Below, in pieces: positions 30,125 through 39,957 of a DNA stretch of 64,000 nucleotides. Below the pieces are notes generated by a model, which had not been told where the DNA came from, searched no databases, and saw only the letters and a list, made by a program, of their open reading frames with translations. The translations under genes were made by a program, and so were the position numbers. Positions within the stretch are counted from its first letter, which is position 1. Each line of letters starts with the position of its first letter. The stretch is from Nitrosopumilus sp. (GTDB taxonomy: Archaea; Thermoproteota; Nitrososphaeria; Nitrososphaerales; Nitrosopumilaceae): assembly GCA_965214775.1 (NCBI GenBank), contig OZ243974.1, positions 544,001-608,000 of the forward strand, read 5' to 3'.

Positions 30125-30568
30125 TTACGGAGGATCTGATGTTGGACGTCTAAACCACATCAGAATCCTGTGTATCAGACCTCCCGATTGTTTCACATCC
30201 TTGTCTGTAGTCTTTTGCCTCTGCGATTCCCCATAATACTTGTCTTTCGCCATCCGATCCGCCACACGGCCTCTTTTTATCTCAAGCTCACTCCATTTTT
30301 TGCCCCAAATAATTCTGTTCTTTTTTATAACATAATGTGACTTGCATGGAAGGCTCCAGTTTCCTATTGACGGCTGTATTGTTACTGTGTAGCCGTCCCA
30401 GGTCAAGGTCCAATCAGTCGGTCCGATCGGAGTTACAACGATCTCACGGCATCCGCATGCACACATATGGGTTGCCGTTGCGTATGGAATGGAAATATAC
30501 AGTACGCCCTCTTTTACCTCTTCTGGAACAAAGTCAGTAAACTCGTGCCTGATTTTGTCCAGCTTCAT
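30125..30568 (-). CDS. DUF6527-family Cys/His metal-binding protein
   Basis: GVLYIS, HMCACGC...VTP, W.L..DG...T..PSIGNW..PC.SHY.I. Confidence 0.9.
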   Translation of the reverse strand: MKLDKIRHEFTDFVPEEVKEGVLYISIPYATATHMCACGCREIVVTPIGPTDWTLTWDGYTVTIQPSIGNWSLPCKSHYVIKKNRIIWGKKWSELEIKRGRVADRMAKDKYYGESQRQKTTDKDVKQSGGLIHRILMWFRRPTSDPP

Positions 30569-31736
30569 TTACACCCTCATCGTTGGTAATGATGTTTATC
30601 TCTATGCCATAGACAGCATTGTGTTCGCATTCAAAATCATGATAAAACCCTCGTATTTTTTTCCACTTGATGACCGCAAGGGTGGCAGTTAGTGCGTTTA
30701 GATCTGCGATTTGGATATTTGTAGAGTATTCATCGTCTTTCACATCATCAAAAGGAATTCTTTTTACTACATCAACATGAGAGACAGGAATGCACGTAGT
30801 TATCCGGGCTGAACCTATAAGGGATCCACTTTCGCTACAAATACCAATCCCAGTATCAATAAACGGGATCTTGTTCTCTACGAGATGATCCACCATGTCT
30901 TGTCGCGATTTGCCATTGTCGATGCAAATGAATACAAAATCCATGGAATCTAACTCTGACATGTTTGAGTCGTTGACACTATATGGGTGTGGAATTATTT
31001 TTCTTCTCATCCTAGAATAAATTTCTGTAAACCAGTTCACTTTTGCCTGTTTTTTCGACAAATCATTTAATGATGGCGCCCCAGGCGAACGAAATGCGTT
31101 ATGTTGCAGAAACGCATCACCATCAAACAGGTGAATCTCCCTTACGGGGGTCTTGGCAACAAGATCTAGCACATATGCACCGGTTCCTCCTAACCCGACA
31201 ACAGCAATTTTGTCTTTCAGCTTTTCACTGATATGCGATATTTCAGAACGGCTTGATGCCGTATCCAGATAACAGAAAACAGATTCCTCTGTAGTTAAAG
31301 GAATACTGGGAAACGTAGTGGCAGTGACTTCTGGTTTTATGGCCTTAGCTTGGTTTGTCAATATTGCAATATAACTTGCCATCTTTTGATAATAGTCAGC
31401 ATATCCATCCCTTGGTTTTTGAGAAAAAGAGTAATCAGTAACCAGTCCGTTACTAATTGGTTTCTTTTCAGACCCATTGACTAGATCAGTCAACTGAACA
31501 CCATTAGAATCGCACGGGAATTCGCCAACCCAAAGTGCAACATGCGTATCTGGTTTTGCAGTAGAGACCCCCGACAGATTCAGTGTCGAAACGAGTTTTC
31601 CACATGCTACTTGTTTGCTGTCATTTACATATGGAATGTGATGAACTATCAGGTAACCCCCAGATATTTCCACCTCATAGCCTTCATTCCGAAGCCGTTT
31701 TAAATCGGCGCTACGATTTATCAGTTCTTGTGACAC
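30534..31736 (-). CDS. E2-like (DUF6791) - ThiF/E1 fusion
   Basis: MSQELINRS.DLKRL..EGY, HIPYV, FSQKP..GY.DY..K; VVGLGGTG, FDGD.F.QHNAFRSPG, YSTNIQIADLNAL. Confidence 0.9.
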   Translation of the reverse strand: MSQELINRSADLKRLRNEGYEVEISGGYLIVHHIPYVNDSKQVACGKLVSTLNLSGVSTAKPDTHVALWVGEFPCDSNGVQLTDLVNGSEKKPISNGLVTDYSFSQKPRDGYADYYQKMASYIAILTNQAKAIKPEVTATTFPSIPLTTEESVFCYLDTASSRSEISHISEKLKDKIAVVGLGGTGAYVLDLVAKTPVREIHLFDGDAFLQHNAFRSPGAPSLNDLSKKQAKVNWFTEIYSRMRRKIIPHPYSVNDSNMSELDSMDFVFICIDNGKSRQDMVDHLVENKIPFIDTGIGICSESGSLIGSARITTCIPVSHVDVVKRIPFDDVKDDEYSTNIQIADLNALTATLAVIKWKKIRGFYHDFECEHNAVYGIEINIITNDEGVNEAGQNQARVY

Positions 31737-31962
31737 TAAAAACCATGCCGTCCTTTACTTCTACTTTTTGTCCGTCAACAAGAGTTCCTTGGGGATTCTC
31801 TTTAGGGCCATGACCGTATTGAACAGTGAATACTTCGGTTTCTTTGTGGGGTGGAGGAAATGCCAGATCAACCACTTGTGAATAGCTGATTATTTCCTCA
31901 TTCCAAGATTTTGGTTTGGCGTTGACGATTATCTTGAATTGTTTGTTATCATGTATTTCCAT
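31711..31962 (-). CDS. Multi-ubiquitin domain (Ubl) protein
   Basis: IIVN...ISY..VV.LAF...TV.Y..GP..NP.G.L..G..V.VKDGM.F.VT.TDKS. Confidence 0.9.
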   Translation of the reverse strand: MEIHDNKQFKIIVNAKPKSWNEEIISYSQVVDLAFPPPHKETEVFTVQYGHGPKENPQGTLVDGQKVEVKDGMVFSVTRTDKS

Positions 31963-32114
31963 ACTGTATTATACGGTAATAGTACCTTATAAATGTGAAC
32001 CAGTTGAAGTTGTCCAAATTTGTTCCGCAATCGATCCATCTTTTTCCCCAAATACATGAAGTTTCAAACGCAATACGGAAACATTTTTGGGCATTCCGCA
32101 GATCCCCAACAGTC

Positions 32115-32375
32115 CAGTCTTCCCAGAAGTACGTGATTCATGACTGTGCAGGTGGCGGCGGGTGAACCTGCAGAGAGGTGATCCGAAATTAGAAACCGGG
32201 CGAATTTTTCAAGTAATTTAACAGATAATCTGCATTTTGTTGATGTTTTGAGTCGTTTTATGCAAATTCATTCACAAATAATCAGAGTTTGCTAATTTCG
32301 AATCAACTCTCAGGCGTCATAACTTGATTTGTTTCAAATCCGGGGCCGTTTTCTGGGTTACTTCTGGGAAGACTG
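32115..32375. mobile_element. MITE family F with nested family E MITE
   Basis: TIR CAGTCTTCCCAGAAGTA/TACTTCTGGGAAGACTG with 5-bp TSD CAGTC; nested element 32174-32310 flanked by CAG. Confidence 0.85.
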
Positions 32376-33152
32376 CAGTCAGAACAACGTAAATAGCAGC
32401 ATGGTTTTGAGCCCAAGGATTACATCGTGAACCGAAAGCGTCTTGTTTTTTGTGTCTGGCGCAAACGTGTTCTCAAACACCTTTTGGTCAGGTAGAGGTT
32501 CCCGCAGTGTCATCCCTTATTGTCTCCGACATTGGTTCTGGCCATGCTACCTTTCATAATGTACAACGCCAATCATGACGGCGCCGCATCCATGCCCAGT
32601 TCCTTCCGTATCCGCTCGGCCAGAATGGTGATCCGAAATTAGAGACAGTATAAGACATGCATTAGAAGAAAAATTCTCAAATATGCTTGATGCGATTGAC
32701 AAGATCAGAACTAAGAATGCTTCATCAGAGTATGTACTTGATGAAATAGGGGACATGCTACGCATGGGTTAATAAAATCTGGATTGTCATGTAATCCCAC
32801 TTGTTTGTCATTTGTACATTTTTCTGAATTTTCGCTTCCCTTACACGTAATCCTGCTGGCATCTGTATGATTTTCAGGAGTTCTGATTTAGGCGACATCC
32901 TCGGTATCAGGCTTGCCCACAAACTAAACATGCAGAATTGGCATCACCGGCCACACGTCATTACTCCCAACAGTTTCCCTTACTTTTCAGGTACCCTGAA
33001 TCCTGCGGGCATCTTGCACTTCTTTCCCAAAATCCCAAAAGCCACTCTCGATATAATCCAAAAATATCGTCAAAAAATATGACATGATTATTCAGGGCCG
33101 CGGCGATTCTACAAAATTATTTTCATGACTCTAAATCCCTCAAAATCTGACT

Positions 33153-33260
33153 CTGGAAATGGCTTTTCAAATACGAAGATGGATAATCGCGCCGTGCGGC
33201 TTGCCGGTCAGCTTGGACGCGACACTGGAAATGGCTTTTCAAATACGAAGATGGATAATC
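33153..33260. CRISPR. Possible single-spacer mini-array (36-bp repeat / 36-bp spacer / 36-bp repeat); no cas genes in window
   Basis: CTGGAAATGGCTTTTCAAATACGAAGATGGATAATC at 33153-33188 and 33225-33260, around a GC-rich unique 36-mer. Confidence 0.35.
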
Positions 33261-33785
33261 AGGATCAAAAGTGCAATTATAACAGCAAGAAAGTTTTGAC
33301 GCGTTCTAAATTCAATGACGGGGAGAAACACTGGGGGCGTATGATTTATCCTCGAATCTAAAACAAACCGACATGACATAATGTAGTCAGATTATCATCA
33401 GAAGAAATCATGATCATATCAATTAACGTCACATCACAGGGCCCTAGAGAATATTCCCCCCAGATGATATTATGACATCCAATGAGTGACTAGAAATTAC
33501 AGATTTTTGATTGCCAAAAGATTCAAAAGATTCCGGGATGTATGGTATAGCGTGACAGGATAGATAGGGAAATAGCCAATACCCTCAGATTTTGTAAACT
33601 CCGTGTTTTCATGGTCATTTGACTCCTGTCATGTTTTTGATAATTTGAGTCACCGGTGTGTTGAGGAGTCTGAGGGGAGGACTCCCTCAGTTGTGGTGCG
33701 GGGTTTCTGGGACTATAAACATGTCCCAGATCAAGGGGAGGAGGTGCCAGGGGCCCCCGTGGGGAGCCCATTCCGTCGGAATGTT

Positions 33786-33958
33786 TCGGCCCTCGATCTG
33801 GAATGATAGTATGGAGTCTGAGGAAATTTTTCACTCAGGTAGAATCGAGGGACTGGGACGACTCTGACGTCCCGGAAGGTCGTGGGGATCAGGGACTCCC
33901 GTCAGGGGGCCCGGGCGTTTCCGGTTTCGTTTTTCGTGACTGTGTGGTGTAATGCGAG
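33786..33958. other. Conserved structured non-coding block, copy 1 of 3
   Basis: GGGACG..CGTCCC hairpin, second GC hairpin, T-rich tract, GTAATGCGAG. Confidence 0.7.
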
Positions 33959-33993
33959 AGGTTCGGTGTGTGGGAGTGGAAACCATAGGGCAA

Positions 33994-34236
33994 AAAATAG
34001 TGAAAGTATGGATCTGAAAAGTAGTGAAAATAGTGAAAGTATGGATCTGAAAAGTAGTGAAAATAGTGAAAGTATGGATCTGAAAAGTAGTGAAAATAGT
34101 GAAAGTATGGATCTGAAAAGTAGTGAAAATAGTGAAAGTATGGATCTGAAAAGTAGTGAAAATAGTGAAAGTATGGATCTGAAAAGTAGTGAAAATAGTG
34201 AAAGTATGGATCTGAAAAGTAGTGAAAATAGTGAAA
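33994..34236. repeat. Tandem array, 33-bp unit x7 plus partial
   Basis: AAAATAGTGAAAGTATGGATCTGAAAAGTAGTG repeated perfectly. Confidence 0.97.
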
Positions 34237-34293
34237 ACAAAGATACAAAAAATTATGAAAATGGCAAGAATCATGAAATTAGACTGGTTTTAA

Positions 34294-34587
34294 ATGAAAA
34301 ACAGATTGAAGGGCATGACAGAAAAAAAGCAGTACAGAAGGGCGTACAGATACGGGAGCAGCACCGTCATTGTCATCCCAAAGAGCATGGTGGATGCCCA
34401 CGGTATCGAAAGCGGCCAGCTCGTCGAATTTGTGAATTTTGAGGATCGGATGGAACTGATCCCCGTACGGACCCAACACACTTCTTCAAAAGAAGGCAGC
34501 AAGACCAAGTACGACAGGGTCCTGGACGACATGATGGAAAAGGCGGATCTGCCTGCAGACAAGCTCAAAAAACTCCACATCAAATGA
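34294..34587 (+). CDS. AbrB/MazE/SpoVT-family DNA-binding protein
   Basis: GSSTVIVIPKSMVDAHGIESGQLVEF...MELIP. Confidence 0.85.
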   Translation: MKNRLKGMTEKKQYRRAYRYGSSTVIVIPKSMVDAHGIESGQLVEFVNFEDRMELIPVRTQHTSSKEGSKTKYDRVLDDMMEKADLPADKLKKLHIK

Positions 34588-35120
34588 CACCAGTCCTGAC
34601 ATCCGTCCCTCTTTTTCATCAAGGCCGGAGAGGATCTCGTGAACCTTTGGGTTCCTTGACCACACGTGACACTGCTCAAAGCCAAGTTTTTCCGCTTTGC
34701 CATGTTGTATCTGACATGCCCGGGACGGCTTTATCCGGAGCTGCGGACTCTGCTTTTAGGGCATCCTGCAACCACAGGCGACAAGGCCCCCGTCCTGTCC
34801 TTGGGAAGATGATCTCCCCGGATGATTCCTGTGACAGTCAATAAGTGATTAAAAATTACAGATTTTTGGCGTGCAAAAGATTCAAAAGATTCCGAGACAC
34901 ATGATGTATCATGACAGGATAGAAAGGGAAATAGCCAATACCCTCAGAATTGATAAACTCTGTTTTTCATGTTCTTGATTCCTATCATGGTTCTTGATAT
35001 TCCTCCGGACATGACACTAATTTTGAAATCAATCATCCGGGGTTAACTGTAATGATTCCAGGTTGGCGGGCATGATTTCATCCTGTCTATCCAAAGACGA
35101 TTGTCTGATTCAATGGGATA

Positions 35121-35256
35121 TGAGGGAATTTTTCACTCAGGTAAAGATAAGGGACTGGGACGGTTCGGCGTCCCAGAAGGTTGTGGGGGATCAGGGGGCC
35201 CTTCAGGGGCCCTTGTGTTCTGGTTTTGTTTTTCGTGTTTTGTGAGGTAATGCGAG
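35121..35256. other. Conserved structured non-coding block, copy 2
   Basis: Same stems with different loops; ends GTAATGCGAG. Confidence 0.7.
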
Positions 35257-35290
35257 TCGAAAGTCCGTTACTGGCCCTCGGAGATTGGGG

Positions 35291-35433
35291 CCTTTGGCAC
35301 CATTTTTTGGCGCCTTTGGCCCCTGTAAGATAGGTACCAAACGCACCTTTGGCACCATTTTTTGGCGCCTTTGGCCCCTGTAAGATAGGTACCAAACGCA
35401 CCTTTGGCACCATTTTTTGGCGCCTTTGGCACC
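35291..35433. repeat. Tandem array, 55-bp unit x~2.5
   Basis: CCTTTGGCACCATTTTTTGGCGCCTTTGGCCCCTGTAAGATAGGTACCAAACGCA. Confidence 0.95.
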
Positions 35434-35468
35434 GAGTCTTAAATGAATATCCAACATTTGCTGACGGC

Positions 35469-35777
35469 ATGGAAAAAATACATGAGCGAAGGCTCCGCAT
35501 CAAGGACAACTCTTCATTTTTTGTGGTCGTTCCGTCCGTGATGGTACAAAGCCTGGGTTTGAGACCAGGCGAGCACATACGGTTCCACGACCTTGGCGGC
35601 AAAGTTGTGCTAACACCCGGTGGAAAGAGCCTGTCAAAAAAGGACCTCACAGACATTGACCGATATGAGCGGGCCTTTGATGAGGCAATGAGGGAAGGCA
35701 GACAAAAGAACGAAGGCTCCCCCGCCGGAGAGGCCGCCCCTAGGACGAGCGCCTTGGAAAAGTTCAGGATCAAATAG
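35469..35777 (+). CDS. AbrB/MazE/SpoVT-family DNA-binding protein
   Basis: MEKIHERRLRIKDNSSFFVVVPSVMVQSLGLRPGEHIRF...VVLTP. Confidence 0.85.
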   Translation: MEKIHERRLRIKDNSSFFVVVPSVMVQSLGLRPGEHIRFHDLGGKVVLTPGGKSLSKKDLTDIDRYERAFDEAMREGRQKNEGSPAGEAAPRTSALEKFRIK

Positions 35778-36062
35778 ACATCAGCCTTACGTCTCTTTTC
35801 TCCTCATCCTCAAGGGAGACGTGAACCTGGTGTATATTGGGACTTTTGAACCATATGTGACGCCTGCCAGACCCCGTCTTTTCCCACTTTGTCATGTTGT
35901 ACCTTACGTGCTCCCAATGGCTGTTTACAACTCTGTTTCTCATGTTTTGGTTCCTGCCATGTTTTCTGACAGTTTCGGCCCCTTCCCCAGACATGACATA
36001 ATTATGAAATCTTGAGATTAGTCCTCTGATTAATCGTAATGATTTCAGCCAGCGAGGATATC

Positions 36063-36231
36063 TCGGCCCTCGATCCGGAATGACAGTGTGGGGTCTGAGG
36101 AAGTTCTTCACACATGTAAATATAAGGGACGGGACGACTCACGTCCCAGAAGGCTGTGGGGGGTCAGGGGCCTCGTTGAGGGCCCCGGGCATCCTGGTCT
36201 TGTTTTTTGGAAAATCACGTGGTAATGCGAG
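36063..36231. other. Conserved structured non-coding block, copy 3
   Basis: Same stems; ends GTAATGCGAG; followed by TTTGCAAAGCTTGCAA x2 (36251-36288). Confidence 0.7.
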
Positions 36232-36323
36232 TCAGCCTGCCACGAATGTCTTTGCAAAGCTTGCAAGGTTTTTTTGCAAAGCTTGCAAAAACGTGCCCTG
36301 AGTTTGTTTCAAGCTCTGAATGC

Positions 36324-36632
36324 ATGTAACTTGTACAAAAAACATGGCCCAGAGTCATCTGCGGGCACAGCAGTGGGGCAGTCGTGTCCAGCGTCCCAAA
36401 GAGACTTGCATACAAGCTGTGGCTTGGAGCATAGAGGGGGGAGGGGTTTCTCCTGGCGGGCGGTGTGGACGGCACGACAATGGCAAAGCCGATGAAGGCA
36501 AGGCTTGCAAAAAAGGATCTCAAGACGGGCGGTGTGGACGGCGCGCCCTCAAAGGCGCGGGACAGGCCCAGACACGACAATTCCTTTGATGATCCCGGCT
36601 TTGATCCGCTCTCAAGGCCGGAGATCAAATGA
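36324..36632 (+). pseudogene. AbrB-family pseudogene (two in-frame stops)
   Basis: M*LVQKTWPRVICGHSSGAVVSSVPKRLAYKLWLGA*RGE...LAKKDLK...RPEIK; 309 nt, same length as 35469-35777. Confidence 0.7.
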
Positions 36633-36660
36633 TGATTACACATGCAACGATTGCCAGTAG

Positions 36661-36755
36661 CAGGGAAGAAAAGTTCCCGCTAGTGGGCTACTGTAGTCCA
36701 CTACAGGGAAGAAAAGTTCCCGCTAGTGGGCTACTGTAGTCCACTACAGGGAAGA
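36661..36755. repeat. Tandem 43-bp repeat x2 with internal palindromes
   Basis: CAGGGAAGAAAAGTTCCCGCTAGTGGGCTACTGTAGTCCACTA. Confidence 0.9.
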
Positions 36756-37000
36756 TTGCGGTGTTGCGTTGCGGTCATCCGGCTCGGCCTATGACGCTTT
36801 AGGAAAATCCCCACCGCTGTCTGCCCGAGGAGAACTCACAGGATAAACGCAGATATCATTGGGAGATAGTCAAGGTAAGAGCTTGCCCCCTCCCCGGGAT
36901 GCGATGTGGGGACATGATCATCAAGACCCCGGCAGGCAGTGCCGCCCGGGGGCAATCTCCCACTATCAGTGATCCTTGGTCCTCTTGGCAGGGGATCCGT

Positions 37001-37078
37001 TAGACTTATGCATATTTGCCAAAAATGACGTAAAAACTGCATGATTTTTTTGATCTGCACTGATTACGCCAATGTCTG
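37001..37078. mobile_element. MITE family B (diverged)
   Basis: Matches 58737 and 62406 copies. Confidence 0.75.
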
Positions 37079-37251
37079 TTAGGCGACAGCCCCGCTGTTG
37101 CCACAAAAATCCCAAAACACCTCTCTGACATCAAAATTGCACCTAACCCTCGCAATCGTGAGTTATCACGCACATTCACATTTTATATGCAATACCACGC
37201 ACAAGCAATCAATGGTATGTTTTCCTATACCTGCACAATTATTCCAACTAT

Positions 37252-38310
37252 GTGATGACGATGAGTGAGACGGTCAGTTTTGATACCTTTGCAGATAGGG
37301 AGTTTGAGCAGGGATTCCTGAACATAATAAGCCATGGCTCAAAAGACAATACATACAAGTTTGCCTTGGCACGATTCCTGCTTGATTACAGCAGAGATAA
37401 AACCGATGCACATGTGGATTTTGCCGATATTGCAAAATACTTTCTAGAGTATTACTGGAATCAGATATGTAAGATGAAGATGAAACATGCCCCTCAGGCA
37501 ACAAAAAAGCCGCAGATTGTAAGGATCATAGAAAAAGAGTTTCCAAAAAAATACTATCCCGATACATTTAGAGAGATATGTAGGAAGGAGGAATATGAAG
37601 AAAACATCCAAAAGTGCGTAAAACGTATTGAAAAATCGTGCTTTCACAACGTTATTTGGAGGTTCCAGAGAATCAAGGTCGGCAGGGCAACAGAGGTCAG
37701 GATGTTCTTTGACTATAGGATCTCCAGGAAGATACATGACAACAAACGGTACGTTGATCTTGACTATGGCATAAACCTGAATCCCGACGCCATTGAATTC
37801 TTCAGACGACATAACGCGGTTCTTCTCAAGGCGGTGATTCTTGAATGGGCAAAGTTCCTAGAAAAACTCAACGTCGGTCTCCCAAAGTTAATCGTAAAAA
37901 CCGAAGGAAAAAACATGAAAAGGGGCAGCCTGACAAGATTTCGAAGGATACTCAATCCGTTCTTCACTGAATGCTTTTATTGTGGAAAGCAGCTGTCAGA
38001 TGGAAGGAAGACGCATGTGGAACATGTCATTCCGTTTGACTATATTGCAGAAGACGACATCTGGAATCTCACACTGGTCTGCCGGCGATGCAACTTGCAA
38101 AAGCTTGGGGCGCTACCGCCCAAAAAGTACATAGACGATCTGGTTAGGCGAAACCAAGATCACAAGGAGCGTATACCACAGTTGAAAAAATCCCTTACCC
38201 GGCTTGACCAGGACTTTGAGAGGGTAGTCAAAAACCATTATGAGAATGCAAAGTCACACGGATACATGATCCTGAAGAGCCTGCCTTTGGAAAAAATCCC
38301 CAATACTTAG
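37252..38310 (+). CDS. HNH endonuclease (restriction-type)
   Basis: N-terminal NTYKFAL; CFYCG...HVEHVIP...WNL.LVC..CN..K. Confidence 0.9.
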   Translation: MMTMSETVSFDTFADREFEQGFLNIISHGSKDNTYKFALARFLLDYSRDKTDAHVDFADIAKYFLEYYWNQICKMKMKHAPQATKKPQIVRIIEKEFPKKYYPDTFREICRKEEYEENIQKCVKRIEKSCFHNVIWRFQRIKVGRATEVRMFFDYRISRKIHDNKRYVDLDYGINLNPDAIEFFRRHNAVLLKAVILEWAKFLEKLNVGLPKLIVKTEGKNMKRGSLTRFRRILNPFFTECFYCGKQLSDGRKTHVEHVIPFDYIAEDDIWNLTLVCRRCNLQKLGALPPKKYIDDLVRRNQDHKERIPQLKKSLTRLDQDFERVVKNHYENAKSHGYMILKSLPLEKIPNT

Positions 38311-38658
38311 TTTGACGTATATAATAATTGCGAGTAACTGATGAGCCTGCCCTGTTTCATGACTGATTCCGGGTCGCTTGGCTCGTCTTTGATGTATATC
38401 CACTTGCCTTCCAGACGTACAAATTGGTCATATACAAATTCGTGCATAGTTGAAGGGGCAGGAGGTGGCCGCATACGTAAAAAGCTCAGACTCAAAACAT
38501 ACTGATCATCAGCCTGTATGGATGCCAGTCAGTCCGAGATCATGCGGTACGCGCACGATGCCAGGTCCCTGTCCGTGTGCCTGTCCAGGTCATCCTTGCA
38601 GACAGGACACCTTTTGTTGCCGTTCATGCACACAAGACGCGGGCACCATAAAAGGGCC

Positions 38659-39915
38659 CTATTTGGCGTCTGGCTCTATCCTTTTTGCAAGCTGCTCCAC
38701 CATGAGGCGCAGGTCGGCAATCTCCGCGCCCTTTTCGTCCTCCAGACTCGCTATCCTCCGGGCCTGCGCGTCGTTTTCCATGCGCAGCCTAGCCGCGTCA
38801 TCCAGTGTGAGGGCCGGCACCACCTGCAGGTACTCCTCGGCAAGCTCCAGCGTGTGGGTCTTGAAGTAGTTGCGGTCAAGCTTTACCAGCCCGGAGTGGC
38901 CCATCATGTACTCCTTTTTGATCAGGCTGGACAGCGGGGACTCCCGGGAGGAGGCCTCCTTGCACGTCTTGTTCCAGAACCGCCTGAATCCGTTGGTCAT
39001 CGGGACGTCGTGCCTGCGCGTTTTGTTGCTTCTGGAGCCGGATCTGTCGCGTAGCCCCGACCTTGTCAGCACGCCGAGTATGTGCTTTTTTATCATGACC
39101 ATCGACAGCCTTCTCGGGAGGCAGCCGGATCCGACAAACAGGGGATCGCCGGGGAGCGGCCTTCGCCCAATCCTGTCGGCACACTCTGCACGATAGTCGC
39201 CTAGCGCCGCATACGCCTCCGGCGTGATGAAGGCAGGATAGCTCTCGCCGGATCCGCGGTATATCTGCAGCTTTGCGCAGACAGGGTTCCCTGCACCGTC
39301 CCGTTCCCTGCCGTCTGCTGCATCCCCCATCTCAAGTGTACCGTCCTGCGTCCTGTATACTGGAACAAGATCCCTCCATTCGAGCCCTTCAAAGCCCCCT
39401 ATCCTGATCCCGGAGCTTGCGGCCACCAGTATGATTGCACGCTCAAGCGGCCCCCGGCAGAACCTGAGCATCTTCTGCACCTCGGCGCGCGTCCATCCGC
39501 GGGAGGCATACGAGGGGCCTGCGTCCTCCGGAAACGTGGCGTATATGCGCTTCCACGGGATCACGACATCGTTCATCTCCAGCAGCTTCTTGACCGGCTT
39601 GAAGTATCCGCCAAACGAGACGGGGTTGAGGTACTCCGGGCTGTCAGGCGCAAGCCTGGTCCGCTCAAGCAGCTTGCGCGAGAGGCTCAGCAGCAGGTCG
39701 CGCACCCACGTCGGATCCTCCCGGCCGTATTGTACCAGCTGCTCCACCCTTCCCTCAAAGTCGCCTTCCAGTATGTCCTCGAGCATGCCGCAGAGCACCT
39801 GGCGCAGCGTGCGGGTGTATTTCTCGCGCGTCTCCTCTGCCTTGATCCCCTGGTTGAACAGGGCAAGCGGGGCGGCCTGCCCCACCCTCTCGAATTCCTC
39901 CATCGCAAGCTTCAT
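38659..39915 (-). CDS. Tyrosine recombinase/integrase (thaumarchaeal type)
   Basis: SSGIRIG (R), NGFRRF, EYMMGH, DRNYF (Y); adjacent to att-like site. Confidence 0.9.
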   Translation of the reverse strand: MKLAMEEFERVGQAAPLALFNQGIKAEETREKYTRTLRQVLCGMLEDILEGDFEGRVEQLVQYGREDPTWVRDLLLSLSRKLLERTRLAPDSPEYLNPVSFGGYFKPVKKLLEMNDVVIPWKRIYATFPEDAGPSYASRGWTRAEVQKMLRFCRGPLERAIILVAASSGIRIGGFEGLEWRDLVPVYRTQDGTLEMGDAADGRERDGAGNPVCAKLQIYRGSGESYPAFITPEAYAALGDYRAECADRIGRRPLPGDPLFVGSGCLPRRLSMVMIKKHILGVLTRSGLRDRSGSRSNKTRRHDVPMTNGFRRFWNKTCKEASSRESPLSSLIKKEYMMGHSGLVKLDRNYFKTHTLELAEEYLQVVPALTLDDAARLRMENDAQARRIASLEDEKGAEIADLRLMVEQLAKRIEPDAK

Positions 39916-39957
39916 CCCATTTCCATATTCCTGGAACGCATAAAAGGTACAATATAG

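Noticed and set aside
33994-34236. 33-bp array as a CRISPR
   Set aside because: Units are identical and contiguous, with no unique spacers.
33831-34442. Repeat-spanning ORFs (SESMDLKSSEN, FTIFTTFQIHT etc.) as real proteins
   Set aside because: Several frames are open simply because the 33-bp unit lacks stops in them; the equivalent arrays in the other modules give no similar product.
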